This document shows, piece by piece, positions 1 through 12,330 of a DNA stretch of 64,000 nucleotides; positions within the stretch are counted from its first letter, which is position 1; each line of letters starts with the position of its first letter. The notes under the pieces were generated by a model. It was given only the letters and a program-made list of their open reading frames with translations, ran no database searches and had not been told where the DNA came from. The translations under genes were made by a program, and so were the position numbers. This DNA comes from Mobula hypostoma (Eukaryota): assembly GCF_963921235.1 (NCBI RefSeq), contig NC_086097.1:229526001-229590000 (forward strand), read 5' to 3'.

Positions 1-365
1 TGTGATATAAAGAAAATTTACAAGGATGTTGTAGGGACTTGAGGAATTGAGTTATAGGGAAAGGTAGAATAGGAAAACTTTATTCCCTGGAGCATAAGAC
101 AATGAAGGGAGATTTGTTTGATGTATACAAAATTATGAGGGGTATAGATAGGGTAAATACAAGCAGGTTTTTCCCACTGAGCTTGGATGAGACCAGAATT
201 CAATTTCATAGATTTAGGGTGAAAGGTGAAATATTAAAGGGCACTGTTTAATTTACAGCAGGGGTTCCCAACCTTTTTTATGCCGTGGACTAATACCATT
301 AAGCAAGGGGTCCTTAACCCCAGGTTGGGAACTCCTGACTTAGAGGGTGGTTCGAGTGTGGAACA
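1..365 (+). mobile_element. CR1 LINE 3' fragment (degenerate), interrupted by a hAT MITE
   Basis: Decayed CR1 ORF2 C-terminal sequence (gatgtatacaaaattatgaggggtatagatagggt = VYKIMRGIDRV-like); boundaries approximate. Confidence 0.7.
259..337. mobile_element. 79-bp hAT-type MITE
   Basis: TIRs CAGGGGTTCCCAACCT (259-274) and AGGTTGGGAACTCCTG (322-337); imperfect 8-bp TSD ATTTACAG (251-258) / ACTTAGAG (338-345), 6/8 identical. Confidence 0.75.
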
Positions 366-1834
366 AGCTGCAGGTAGAAAAGAATACGGGCAGGGATGAC
401 AGCAGAACAGCATTGTCGGTAATTTCTGGTAGCAATTAGGAAGGCACAGGTATATATCACAAACAGGAAGATGTATTCTTAAAGAAAGATGACACAACCA
501 TGGCTAACAAGAGAAGTCAAAGCCAACATAAAAGCCAAAGAGAGGGCATATAATAGGGCAAACGTTAGTGGCAAGTTAAAGGACTGGGAAGCTTTTAAAA
601 ACCAACAGAAGGCAACTAAAAAAGTCTTTAAGAAGGTAAAGATGGAATATGAGAGTAAGCTAGCCAATAATATTAAAGAGGACACCAAAAGTTTCTTCAG
701 ATACATAAAGTGTAAAAGAGAGGCGTGAGTGAATATTGCATGATCTGGAGAGGTAGTAACGGGGCTTAATGAAATGGTGGACAAAGTGAGTAAGTATTTT
801 GCATCAGTCTTCACTGTGGAAAAAACTAGCAGTATGGTGGAAGTTTCAGACGTCAGGAATCATGAAGAGTGTGATGTTACCATAACTAGAGAGAAGGCTG
901 TTTGGAAACTGAAAGTTACTTGGACCAGTATACCCCAGGGTTCTGAAAGAGGTGGCTGAAGAGATCATGGAAGCATTAGCAATGATCTTTCAAGATTCAC
1001 TAAATTCTGGAATGGTTCCAGAAGAGTGGAAAATTGCAAATGTCATTCCACTCTTCAAGAAAGAGAGATAGGAGAAAGGAAACTATAAGGCCAGTTAGTC
1101 TGACGTCAGTGCTTGGGAAGATGTTGGAGTCGATTATCAAGGATGTGGTCTTAGGGTACTTGGAGGCACATGACAAAATAGGCATAATCAGCATGGTTTC
1201 CTTAAGGGAAAATCTTGCCTGACAAATCTGTTGGAATTATTTGAAGAAATACCAAGCAGGATAGACAAAAGAGAAAGGGTTGATGTTGTGTACTTGGATT
1301 TTTCAGAAGTCCTTTGACAGGGTGCCACACATGAGGCTGCTTAACAAGCCACGAGCCCATGCTATTACAGGAAAGATTCTAGGATTGATAGAGTGGTAGC
1401 TGATTGGCAGGAGGCAAAGAGTGGGACTAAGTGTGACTGCTGGTGACTAGTGGTGTTCCACAGGGGTCTGTTTTGGGAGAAATTCTTTTTGCATTATATG
1501 TCATAATTTGGATGATGGAATTGATGGCTTTGTTGCAAAGTTTGTAGGTGATAGCTGTAGGGGCTGATAGCGTTGAGGAAGTTGAGGGGCTACAGAAGGA
1601 CTTAGATGAGAGTGGGCAAAGAAATGGCTGATGGAATAGTGTCAAGAAGTGTATGGTATTGTACTTTGGTAGAAGGGATGAAAGGGTTGACTGTTTTCTA
1701 AATAGAGAATACAAAAAAACTGAGGCAAAGGGACGCAAACACGAGGAAATCTGCAGATGCTGGAATTTCAAGCAATACACATAAAGGTTGCTGGTGAATG
1801 CAGCAAGCCAGGCAGCATCTCTAGGAAGAGGTAC

Positions 1835-1870
1835 AGGCGACGTTTCGGGCCGAGACCCTTCGTCAGGACT
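1835..1870 (-). ncRNA. Minimal type-I hammerhead ribozyme motif (one stem-I mismatch)
   Basis: Minus strand reads AGTC-CTGACGA-A-GGGT-CTCG-GCCC-GAAA-CGTC-GCCT. Confidence 0.7.
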
Positions 1871-2903
1871 AACTCAAAGAAGAGCTAGTAAGAGATTTGA
1901 AAGGGGGAAGGGGGAGATCCGAAATGACAGAAGACAGGAGGGGGAGAGATGGAGCCAAGAGCTGGACAGTTGATTGGCAAAAGGGATATGACAGGATCAT
2001 GGGACAGGAGGCCTAGGGAGAAAGAAAAGTGGGGGGGGGGGGAGCCCAAAGGATGGGCAAGGGGTATAGTGAGAGGGACAGAGGGAGAAATAAAGGATGC
2101 GTGTATGTAAATAAATAAACAGATGGGGTACGAGGGGGAGGTGGGGCATTAGCAGAAGTTTGAGAAGTCAATGTTCAAATGCCATCAGGTTGGAGGCTAC
2201 CCAGATAGAATATAAGGTGTTGTTCCTCCAACCTGAGTGTTGCTTCATCTTTACAGTAGAGGAGGCCGTGGATAGACATATCAGAATGGGAATGGGACGT
2301 GGAATTAAAATGTGCGGCCACTGGGAGATCCTGCTTTCTCTGGCAGACAGAGCATAGGTGTTCAGCGAAACGATCTCCCAGTCTGCGTCGGGTCTTGCCA
2401 ATATGTAGAAGGCCGCATTGGGAGCACTGGACGCAGTATATCACCCCAGCCGACTCACAGGTGAAGTGTCGCCTCATGTCCATCCACGGCCTCCTCTACT
2501 ATAAAGATGAAGCCACACTTGGGTTGGAGGAACAACACCTTATATTCCGTCTGGGTAGCCTCCAACCTGATGGCATCTGAATATTGACTTCTCAAACTTC
2601 TGCTAATGCCCCACCTCCCCCTTGTACCCCATCCGTTTATTTATTTATTTATATACACACATTCATTTTCTCTTTCTCCTTTTTCTCCCTCTGTCCCTTT
2701 CACTATACCCCTTGCCCATCCTTTGGGCTCTCCCCCCCCCTTTTCTTTCTCCCTAGGCCTCCTGTCCCATGATCCTGTCATATCTCTTTTGCCAATCAAC
2801 TGTCCAGCTCTTGGCTCCATCCCTCCCCCTCCTGTCTCCTATCATTTCGGATCTCCCCCTCCCCCTCCCACTTTCAAATCTCTTACTAGCTCTTCTATGA
2901 GTT

Positions 2904-2939
2904 AGTCCTGACGAAAGGTCTCGGCCCGAAATGTTGACT
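2904..2939 (+). ncRNA. Minimal hammerhead ribozyme motif, mutated
   Basis: AGTC-CTGACGA-AAGGT-CTCG-GCCC-GAAA-TGTT-GACT; CGTC has decayed to TGTT. Confidence 0.55.
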
Positions 2940-4350
2940 GTACCTCTTCCTAGAGATGCTGCCTGGCCTGCTGCGTTCACCAGCAACTTGTATGTGTGAG
3001 GCATAAAGGGACTTGGGGGTCCTTGTGCAGGATTTCCTAAAGGTTAATTTGCTGATTGAGTCTGTGATGAGAAAAGCAAATGCAATGTTAGCATTAATTT
3101 CAAGAGGGTTAGAATATAAAAGCAAGGATGTAATGTTGAAAACTTATAAAGCACTGGTGAGGCCTCACTTGGAGTATTGTGAACAATTAGGAACCTTAAC
3201 TTAGAAAGTATATGCTGAAACTGGAGAGGATTCAAAGGAGTTTCACAAAAATGGTTCTAGGATTGAATGGCTTGTCGTATGAAGAGCATTTGATGGCTTT
3301 GAGCCTGTATTTGCTGGAATTCAGAAGAATGAGAGGTGAACCCATTGAAACCTATCAGATGGTGAAAGGCCTTGATAGAGTTGATGTGGAGAGGATGATT
3401 CCTATGGTGGGAGAGTCTAAGACCAGAGGATGCAGCCTCAAAATAGAGGGGTGTCCTTTTAGAATGGAGATCGGAGGAATTTTTTTAGCCAGAGAGTGGT
3501 GATTCTGTGGAATTCTTTACCACAGGCAGCTGTAGAGGCCAATTCTTTATATATATTTAAGGCAGAGATTGATAGATTCTTGATTGGTCGGGGCATGAAG
3601 GGATTTGGGGAGAAGGCAGGTGATTGGGGCTGAGAGGAAAATTGGATCAGTCATGATGAAATGGCGGAGTGGGCCAAATGACCTAATTCTGCTTCTATAT
3701 TTTATGGTCTTATGGAAGTGGTGAATGGAGGCTTGATTTCAACTGTTAAGAGAAGTTTTGATAAGTACATGGATGGATGGTGTAGGTGTGGGTTGATGGG
3801 ACTAGGCAGACTAACTGTTTGACACACACTAGATGGACTGAAGGGCCTGTTTCTGTGCTGTGGTGCTCTATAATTATATGCATAAGTTAATCTGATGTAT
3901 ACCTTTTTATAGAGATATAAGGGTAATTGCAACGTTGGTATTGAGTTTCAAGTTCCCAATCCATCATTGATAAAATTCAGATCATTTGATATGTCTGCGC
4001 ATGTTGTCCTCATGTTTCAACAGGTATATTTTTAAAATAGTGAATGTCGGCTCAGTAACAATAGCTAGTAACAAAGATTTTGCACAACTTTTTTGAGCTA
4101 TTCCAAAATTGGGGTTAAGTAATCTATACCTTCTGGTCTTTAGACTCCCAACCTGCATTTCAAGGACAAAGATGACATATTTATTTTGAGTCAGAGAACA
4201 GTGAGACAAAATCTCTTTTTTATGTATCAATTGGGATCAAAGGCTTATGAGGGCACCATAGAAGATGTGACAGAGATGAGTGTACAATGCCAGTCATCTG
4301 GTGATTTCTCCGCAGTCTAATTGGTTTGAAGTGTATATCTAGACTGTATC

Positions 4351-5388
4351 TAGAAACATAGAAACATAGAAAATAGGTGCAGGAGTAGGCCATTCGGCCC
4401 TTCGAGCCTGCACCGCCGTTTATTATGATCATGGCTGATCATCCAACTCAGAACTCCACCCCAGCCTTCCCTCCATACCCCCTGATCTCCGTAGCCACAA
4501 GGGCCATATCTAACTCCCTCTTAAATATAGCCAATGAACTGGCCTCAACTGTTTCCTGTGGCAGAGAATTCCACAGATTCACCACTCTCTGTGTGAAGAA
4601 GTTTTTCTTAATCTTGGTCCTAAAAGGCTTCCCCTTTATCCTCAAACTGTGACCCCTCGTTCTGGACTTCCTCAACATCGGGAACAATCTTCCTGCATCT
4701 AGCCTGTCCAATCCCTTTAGGATTTTATACGTTTCAATCAGATCCCCCCTCAATCTTCTAAATTCCAACGAGTACAAGCCCAGTTCATCCAGTCTTTCTT
4801 CATATGAAAGTCCTGCCATCCCAGGAATCAATCTGGTGAACCTTCTTTGTACTCCCTCTATGGCAAGGATGTCTTTCCTCAGATTAGGGGACCAAAACTG
4901 CACACAATACTCCAGGTGTGGTCTCACCAAGGCCTTGTACAACTGCAGTAGTACCTCCCTGCTCCTGTACTCGAATCCTCTCGCTATAAATGCCAGCATA
5001 CCGTTCGCCTTTTTCACCGCCTGCTGTACCTGCATGCCCACTTTCAATGACTGGTGTATAATGACACCCAGGTCTCGTTGCACCTCCCCTTTTCCTAATC
5101 GGCCACCATTCAGATAATAATCTGTTTTCCTATTTTTGCCACCAAAGTGGATAACTTCACATTTATCCACATTAAATTGCATCTGCCATGAATTTGCCCA
5201 CTCACCCAACCTATCCAAGTCACTCTGCATCCTCTTAGCATCCTCCTCACAGCTAACACTGCCACCCAGCTTCGTGTCATCCGCAAACTTGGAGATGCTG
5301 CATTTAATTCCCTCATCCAAGTCATTAATATATATTGTAAACAACTGGGGTCCCAGCACTGAGCCTTGCGGTACTCCACTAGTCACCG
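4351..5388 (-). mobile_element. Young 5'-truncated CR1 LINE with uninterrupted 312-codon RT C-terminus
   Basis: ORF 4448-5386: [23 protein letters not shown]...KFADDTKL; 3' microsatellite tail (TTTCTATG)n, seen as tagaaacatagaaacatagaa at 4351-4371. Confidence 0.95.
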
Positions 5389-7102
5389 TTATCTGTTATG
5401 TCTGTCACTCAAAGTCATACTAACTTCGTTTGTGCTGCTTGCAATCTCTGCTCTAAAGAAAACAATTCCAGATTCTTTAGTTTACCCGGACAAAGTTTAC
5501 CTCATCTCTGGAATTATTTTCATACATCTCATTGTAGCCACAAAGTCCTTCACATCTTTCATAAATAGTGGTTCCCAGACTTGGATGTACTCCATCTGAG
5601 CCCAAACTGATCTTTTATGAAGGTTTTTCATAATTTCCTTGCATTTGTTTTCCATGTCGCCACACGTAAAGGCGAAGGTGTCATATGCTTTTACAACTAT
5701 GGTATCCATGTCTTTTTATTTGTGATATACAATGCACATACAAGTCAAGCTTGTCATATACATGTATACCATCAAACGAGATGTTTCTCCAAGTCAGGGT
5801 GTAAAGAACTGTAGTGTGCATAACACACATAACACATAATGACTTATGAAAGTAAGGATGAAATCTACAGATTTATTACACATAAATAAAGTGCATAAGT
5901 GTGAGGTACAAAACAGTGACATTTTGAATGCGATGCGCTGGGAGTTCAGAAGCCTAATGGCCTGAGGGAAGAAATTGTTTCCTTTCCTACCATTCCTGTT
6001 TTTACTTATTGGAGTCTCCTGCGTGATGGTAGAAAGTCAGAGGATGCTGGATAGATGAGTGCAATCCTTGATAATAATATTACATCCAAGATCTTTCTGT
6101 TATTGTACCTCTCTTACAATTGTGCTCTCTAGTTTAAATTTGCCTTGTATATTTCTTTCTGTTAGTAACAAATATGCAAGAAGGCCCATTGAGTCAATGC
6201 TGCCACATCTTCATCTCAGTGGTTTGCTTTTGTATCCTTGAAGTCTATTACTATCCTCTTTACAGTTCACTTTATCTCCAAGTTTTGTTTAATTGGAAAT
6301 TATGCCTTGTATACCCACATCCACTTTATCGATATAAAGAAGAAAAGCCATACACTTAGTACAACTCCTTTGAGTTCCACTGTATACTTCCCACAAGTCT
6401 GAAAAAGTCTTTTATTGCTATTTCCTATTACTTAGACATTTGCTATACCTAATATTTATTTCACAGATTTAATCTATTGTACGCTTTTGGAAGTTAAATA
6501 CACAACACAACCAATTTTGCTAATTGATCCATATTTGTCAAAGTGCAAATATTACCCTATTTACTGTTTCTAAAAACTTCTTCACTGCTTAGGTATAATA
6601 CTAACTGAAAGTGTTTTTCTGAGAACATTTTTTTTCAAATAAGAGTGTATCATTTGCAATTTCCAGTCTTTGGGCACTACTCTGAATCTATGTTAGAAGA
6701 TTATGGTGCCTACAACTCACCTTGCCCTGCCTTCTCTCCTTCCCCTCCTTTCTCCTCTCATTCCCATCCCTGACCATAGCTCACAGGAGCAGAATTAGGC
6801 CATAAAGTTGGCTTCACCACTCCATCATGACTGATTTATCATCCCTCTCAATCCCAATCTCCTGCCTTCTCATAACCTTTGACACACTGAATAATCAAGA
6901 ACATATCAACCACCACCCCAACGACTAGGCCTGTCTGGGGCAGTGAAACCCTTAGATTCACCACCCTTTTGTTTAAGAAATTTTTCCTCATCTGTTCTAA
7001 ATGCATGTCCCTTAATTCTGAGGCCCTGCCCTCTTGTCCTAGACTTCCCGACTATAGGAAATATCCTTCCCACATCCACTCTCTCTAGGCCTTTCAATAT
7101 TC

Positions 7103-9913
7103 AACCTTGAACTCCAGGCCAGGTCTTTATGTGCTGCTATTGTGACTCCCATCTTCCCTTACCCCACCACCACTCTGCAACCCCGTCTCCCTCAGATCCC
7201 ACCATCAGTTCCTGGGCCCTCAGAGGCTCCATCTTCCTCTCACCCCAACCCTACACCTCAGGCTCCCCCCTCCCCCCTCTGATCTCAGCTCTCATCCATG
7301 CCAGGTCTTTACCATCCCCTCCGACCTTCAACTGTCTGAGGCAGAACGCACTGTCCTCAGTAAGGGCCTCACCTTTGTCCCCCTTCGCCCACACCTCAGC
7401 GAGTTCCATGTTCGCCATGACGCGGAACTGTTCTTCCGCCATCTCTGTCTCCAAGCCTACTTCTTTGGCAAGGACTCTTCCACACCCACCGATGACCTTT
7501 CTCCCGTCTTCAGCCCTCCTCCTCTTCATGGCCACCCCGCTCTGGTCTTCTGCCTGCTCTGGATCTCTTTATTGCTAACTGCCGATGGGACATCAACCGT
7601 CTCGACTTCACTGCACCTTGTTCCTTACTCCTTCCGAACGCTCTGCTCTCCACTCCCTCCGCAACAATCCTAACTAACCTTACTATTAAACCCGCCGATA
7701 AGTGGGGTGCTGTTGTAGTCTGGCGCACTGACCTCAACCTTGCCGAGGCACAGCGACAACGCGCGGATACCTCCTCGTATCTACCCCTTGATCGTGACCC
7801 CACTAAGGAGCACCAGGCCATTGTCTGCCACACCATCACTGACTTTATCCGCTCAGGGGATCTCCCATCCACTGCTACCAACCTTACAGTTCCCACACCT
7901 TGCACTTCCCGTTTCTACCTCCTACCCAAGATCCACAAACCTGCCTGTCCTGGCAGACCCATTGTCTCAGCTTGCTCCTGCGCCACCGAACTCGTTTCTG
8001 CACACCTCGACACGGTTTTATCCCCCCCTTGTTCAATCCCTTCCTACCTATGTTCGTGACACTTCTCACGCTCTTAAACTTTTCGATGATTTTAAGTTCC
8101 CTGGCCCCCACCGCTTTATTTTCACCATGGATGTCCAGTCCCTATATACTTCCATCCCCCATCAGGAAGGTCTCAAAGCTCTCCGCTTCTTTTTGAATTC
8201 CAGACATAATCAGTTAACCTCTACCACCATTCTGCTCCATCTAGCAGAATTAGTCCTTACTCTTAATAATTTTTCCTTTGGCTCCTCCCACTTCCTCCAA
8301 ACTAAAGGTGTAGCTATGGGCATCCACATGGGTCCTAGCTATGCCTGCCTTTTTGTTGGCTTTGTGGAACAATCTATGTTCCAAAGCTATTCTGGTATCT
8401 GTCCCCCACTTTTCCTTCGCTACATCGACGACTGCATTGGCGCTGCTTCCTGCACGCATGCTGAGCTCGTTGACTTTATTAACTTTGCCTCCAACTTTCA
8501 CCCTGCCCTCAAGTTTACCTGGTCCATTTCCGACACCTCCCTCCCCTTTCTAGATCTTTCTGTCTCTGTCTCTGGAGACAGTTTATCTACTGATGTCTAC
8601 TATAAGCCTACTGACTCTCACAGCTATCTGGACTATTCATCTTCTCACCCTGTCTCTTGCAAAAATGCTATCCCCTTCTCGCAATTCCTCCGTCTCCACC
8701 GCATCTGCTCTCAGGATGAGGCTTTTCATTCCAGGACGAGGGAGATGTCCTCCTTTTTTAAAGAAAGGGGCTTCCCTTCCTCCACCATCAACTCTGCTCT
8801 CAAAAGCATCGCCCCATTTTACGCACATCTGCTCTCACTCCATCCTCCCGCCACCCCACTAGGAATAGGGTTCCCCTGGTCCTCACCTACCACCCCATCA
8901 GCTTCCGGGTCCAACATATTATTCTCCGTAACTCCCGCCACCTCCAACAGGATCCCACCACTAAGCACATCTTTCCCTCCCCCCCCCCCCCCGCTTTCTG
9001 CAGGGATCGCTCCTTACGCGACTCCCTTGTCCATTCGTCACCCCCTTCCCTCCCCACTGATCTCCCTCCTGGCACTTATCCTTGTAGGCGGAACAAGTGC
9101 TACACATGCCCTTACACTTCCTCCCTTACCACCATTCAGGGCCCCAGATAGTCCTTCCAGGTGAGGTGATACTTCACCTGTGAGTCGGCTGGGGTGATAT
9201 ACTGTGTTCGGTGCTCCCAATGTGGCCTTCTATATATTGACGAGACCCGACGCAGACTGGGTGATCGTTTTGCTGAACACCTACGCTCTGTCCGCCAGAG
9301 AAAGCAGGATCTCCCAGTGGCCACACATTTTAATTCCACATCCCATTCCCATTCTGATATGTCTATCCATGGCCTCCTCTACTGTAAAGATGAAGCCACA
9401 CTCAGGTTGGAGGAACAACACCTTATATTCCATCTGGGTAGCCTCCAACCTGCTGGCATGAACATTGACTTCTCCAACTTCCACTAATGCCCCACCTCCC
9501 GCTCATACCCCATCCGTTATTTATTTATATACACACATTCTTTCTCTCTCTCTCCTTTTTCTCCCTCTGTCCCTCTGACTATACCCCTTGCCCATCCTCT
9601 GGGTTCCCCCCTCCTTTTCTTTCTCCCTGGGCCTCCTGTCCCATGATCCTCTCGTATCTCTTTTGCCAATCACCTGTCCAGCTCTTGGCTCCATCCCTCC
9701 CCCTCCTGTCTTCTCCTATCATTTTGGAGATCCCCCTCCCCCTCCCACATCAAATCTCTTACTAGCTCTTCCTTCAGTTAGTCCTGACGAAGGGTCTTGG
9801 CCCGAAACGTCGACTGTACCTCTTCCTAGAGATGCTGCCTGGCCTGCTGCGTTCACCAGCAACTTTGATGTGTGTTGCTTGAATTTCCAGCATCTGCAGA
9901 ATTCCTTGTGTTT
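7103..9913 (+). mobile_element. Penelope-like retroelement (RT + GIY-YIG endonuclease), frameshifted; probably Neptune group
   Basis: RT motifs TMDVQSLYTSIPH, QTKGVAMG, RYIDDC (YIDD at 8421-8432), LPFLDLSV, YYKPTDSHSYL. Cys-rich linker CRRNKCYTC (9083-9109). GIY-YIG region IYCVRCSQCGLLYIDETRRRL...EH. Perfect 14-bp TSD GCCTTTCAATATTC at 7089-7102 and 9914-9927. Confidence 0.95.
9780..9815 (+). ncRNA. Intact minimal type-I hammerhead ribozyme in the PLE 3' end
   Basis: Stem I AGTC/GACT, core CTGACGA, stem II GGGT-(CTTG)-GCCC, GAAA, palindromic ACGT in place of stem III, GTC cleavage triplet (cut predicted after 9811). Matches the minimal PLE-associated hammerhead architecture. Confidence 0.85.
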
Positions 9914-10980
9914 GCCTTTCAATATTCGATAGGTTTCAATGAGATCTCCCTTCATCTAAACTCCAGCGTATACAGGCCCAGGACCATCAAATGCTCATCG
10001 TATGTTAACCCTTTCATTCCTGGGATTATATTCATGAACCTCCTCTGGACTTTGTTCAATGCCAGCACATCTTTTCTTAGATAAGGGGTCAGAAACTGCT
10101 CACAATCATTTGTGGTCTAGCCAATGTCTTAAAAAGCCTCAGAATTTAAAAGCAAGGATGTAATGCTAGTTCTTTTGAAATGATTGTTAACATTGCATTT
10201 GCCTTCCTTACCACCAATTCAACCTACAAGTCCTACCCAAGGATTCCCAAGTCCCTTTGCACCTCTGAATCTCAATTACATCTTTGAGGCTCCAGAACAG
10301 CATATTCATTGACGAAGTTCTCTCTGTAATCAACATGGTTTCTCATTTGTGTTAACAATGTGGAATCTGTCATATACTTGCTTTTTCTGCGTAATGTTAC
10401 TCTGTACCCTTTTTGGTCATCCGGGAAGTTCTGGCTTTAATCCCTTCTTTTCCTCCTTCATGAGAATATATTTGGGCTACTAGTGAAGCCTGAAGACCAG
10501 CCAATGTTCAATTAGTTTTGAATCTCGAACTTAGTTTCTATTTTTTGCCTACCTTCTCATTATCATGTAATTGGAATTGGCTGTTCTTTAATTGAATGTT
10601 TTAACATTGAAGTAGTTAATATGCTTCTCCACAGCCATCAAACAACCTGATGTGATCGCTGATTCTCGTGTTCCACATGGCCGCCAGATTCCTAGCCCTA
10701 TGTTCATTAATACTGCCTTCCTTATTAAGACAGTTCCCCTAAACATCCTTAAAATTATTTTTAAAGAATAAATGTAATCTGCTCCAATTAAATAAGCTAT
10801 TTATCTATAAAGTAATTTTATGCTACCTCCATTTATGTAAAGAGAAAATACTTACACATGGGTGTATCTGAAAAGCTTGTTTACCTTGCCATTTATTTGC
10901 ATCATAATAATTTCAAATTTTCAACAATGCCTATTTTGAACAGGAATGTAAATAAACTGCATCAATTTTATGTCTACCAG

Positions 10981-11156
10981 GTGATGCTTCAATTGGTAGC
11001 CAAAATAAATTTAAATGCCCACATTGTAATTACATTGCCAAGTATCGGCGCACATTGAAGAGACATCAGCTGATACACACTGGTGTGAGGTCCTTTGCTT
11101 GTGACATCTGTGGAAAGTTATTCACACGAAGAGAACATGTTAAGAGACATTCCTTG
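10981..11156 (+). CDS. ZBTB10: ZBTB10 penultimate coding exon (two C2H2 zinc fingers)
   Basis: ctaccAG acceptor and GTgagt donor. Translates (G)[58 protein letters not shown], recognisable as ZBTB10 fingers. Phase 1 in, phase 0 out. Confidence 0.93.
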
Positions 11157-12330
11157 GTGAGTATGGGTACTATTTATAAGAACTATGAACCTGTGATTGA
11201 AGGTCTTGGAACCTGATTTGGTTACAAGTATTTGCTTAGTTCTCTTTCACCCCTGCCTCTTTCTCATGACCTTGTTGTATTCTGGTAACATCCTCAAACA
11301 TGTTTGCTTATAAACTTAGCTGTACCTTCCATTTAAGGACTGGGCATACCAAAGCATTATTCTTTAGTCTTTGTTACAATTTTTATAATCATGATGGTAG
11401 ATTAGTTTAATGTTTAGTAAATCTGAGCCATATTCCATTTTTCAGAACCTTCCAGTTTGGATTTTTGTTCTCAAATTTTAGGTCATCTGAACTTCTGCTG
11501 CAAAATCGTACCTCCTCACTGAATTATCATACTGTAACATGTGTTAGATAGATGGTCCACCTGTGCCTTCAATTTACAATTCCTAACATAGTGTTTAAAT
11601 TTTTCTTGGCCATGAAGCCTTCTCACCCTTCAAAAATCCCTGGACCATACAAATATCTATCTGATCTTGTGGCCTTCTATTTCAAGTAGCTATGTGTTTA
11701 GCCAATCTGAATTTCCTTTCTGTAAACATCTCCATTTTCCTCTTTTTGCTTAAGATGCTGTTTAAAACCTATCTCAGTAACTAAACTTTTGATTATTCCC
11801 TTTCTGTCTCTTGGTTTGGTGTCATATTATCTTGATTCTATCTCTGAGCTGCCTTTTTTTGTTATTATATATTGTATTTTGCTATCTGTGAAGTTTGCAG
11901 CCAGCTTTTGAGCTACTCCTCTGACCGCCTCTACACTGTGCTGACTGAAATTCTTGAACTTACTTCTTTACAGGTTGGTGAGATAGTCAAAACAGACTTT
12001 AAGTTTGTGTAAAATGAAAGGGAAGGATTCTGATCTCTGGTGCTTAAGGGATCTATGCTTTCATAACCTCAGGTGAAAGTTCTTTGACTGGAAAAGGTGA
12101 AATGAATAAAGGCTTGTATATTTGGAAAATTCTTAGCTGATTAGTATGTAAACATCTAATAATTTAGTAATTTTTCTCTTATAGTCTTTGTGCAATAAGC
12201 AGAATTGTATATTAGTTACAGTGTACCATCTTTCATTTTCCCATTTACTAATTTTATTAGAAAATATATGTTGACAACAAGAATTGCCTGTTTGTATTTG
12301 ATTGACTAACTTGATTTTTTTTCCCCACAG

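Larger units (their letters stand above)
1735..2996. mobile_element. Penelope-like element 3' portion arranged as an inverted duplication (fold-back insertion)
   Basis: 1735-2478 is the reverse complement of the PLE 3' end (GIY-YIG peptide VIYCVQCSQCGLLHIGKTRRRL, ORF 2175-2483 -). 2476-2996 repeats part of it in + orientation. Flanked by imperfect TSD TGAGGCAAAGGGAC (1721-1734) / TGAGGCATAAAGGGAC (2997-3012). Confidence 0.9.
370..3710 (+). mobile_element. CR1 LINE ORF2 remnant, split by a Penelope-like insertion at 1735-2996
   Basis: ORF pieces QPWLTREVK, RPVSLTSVLGKMLESIIKD, KANAMLALISRGLEYKSK, LERIQRSFTKM; 3' tail ttatggtcttatgg at ~3702-3715; frameshifted. Confidence 0.9.
6780..10270 (-). 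mobile_element. CR1 LINE fragment split by the Penelope-like element at 7103-9913
   Basis: GDLIETYRILKG (~9915-9955) continues as KGLERVDVGRIFPIVGKSRTRG (6906-7097) across the insertion. Confidence 0.85.

Noticed and set aside
1..10980. Further upstream ZBTB10 exons
   Set aside because: None recognised; the region is mostly repeats and is assumed, not shown, to be intronic.
10858..11058. 66-aa + strand ORF overlapping the ZBTB10 exon
   Set aside because: Different frame from the zinc-finger reading and starts in the intron; incidental.
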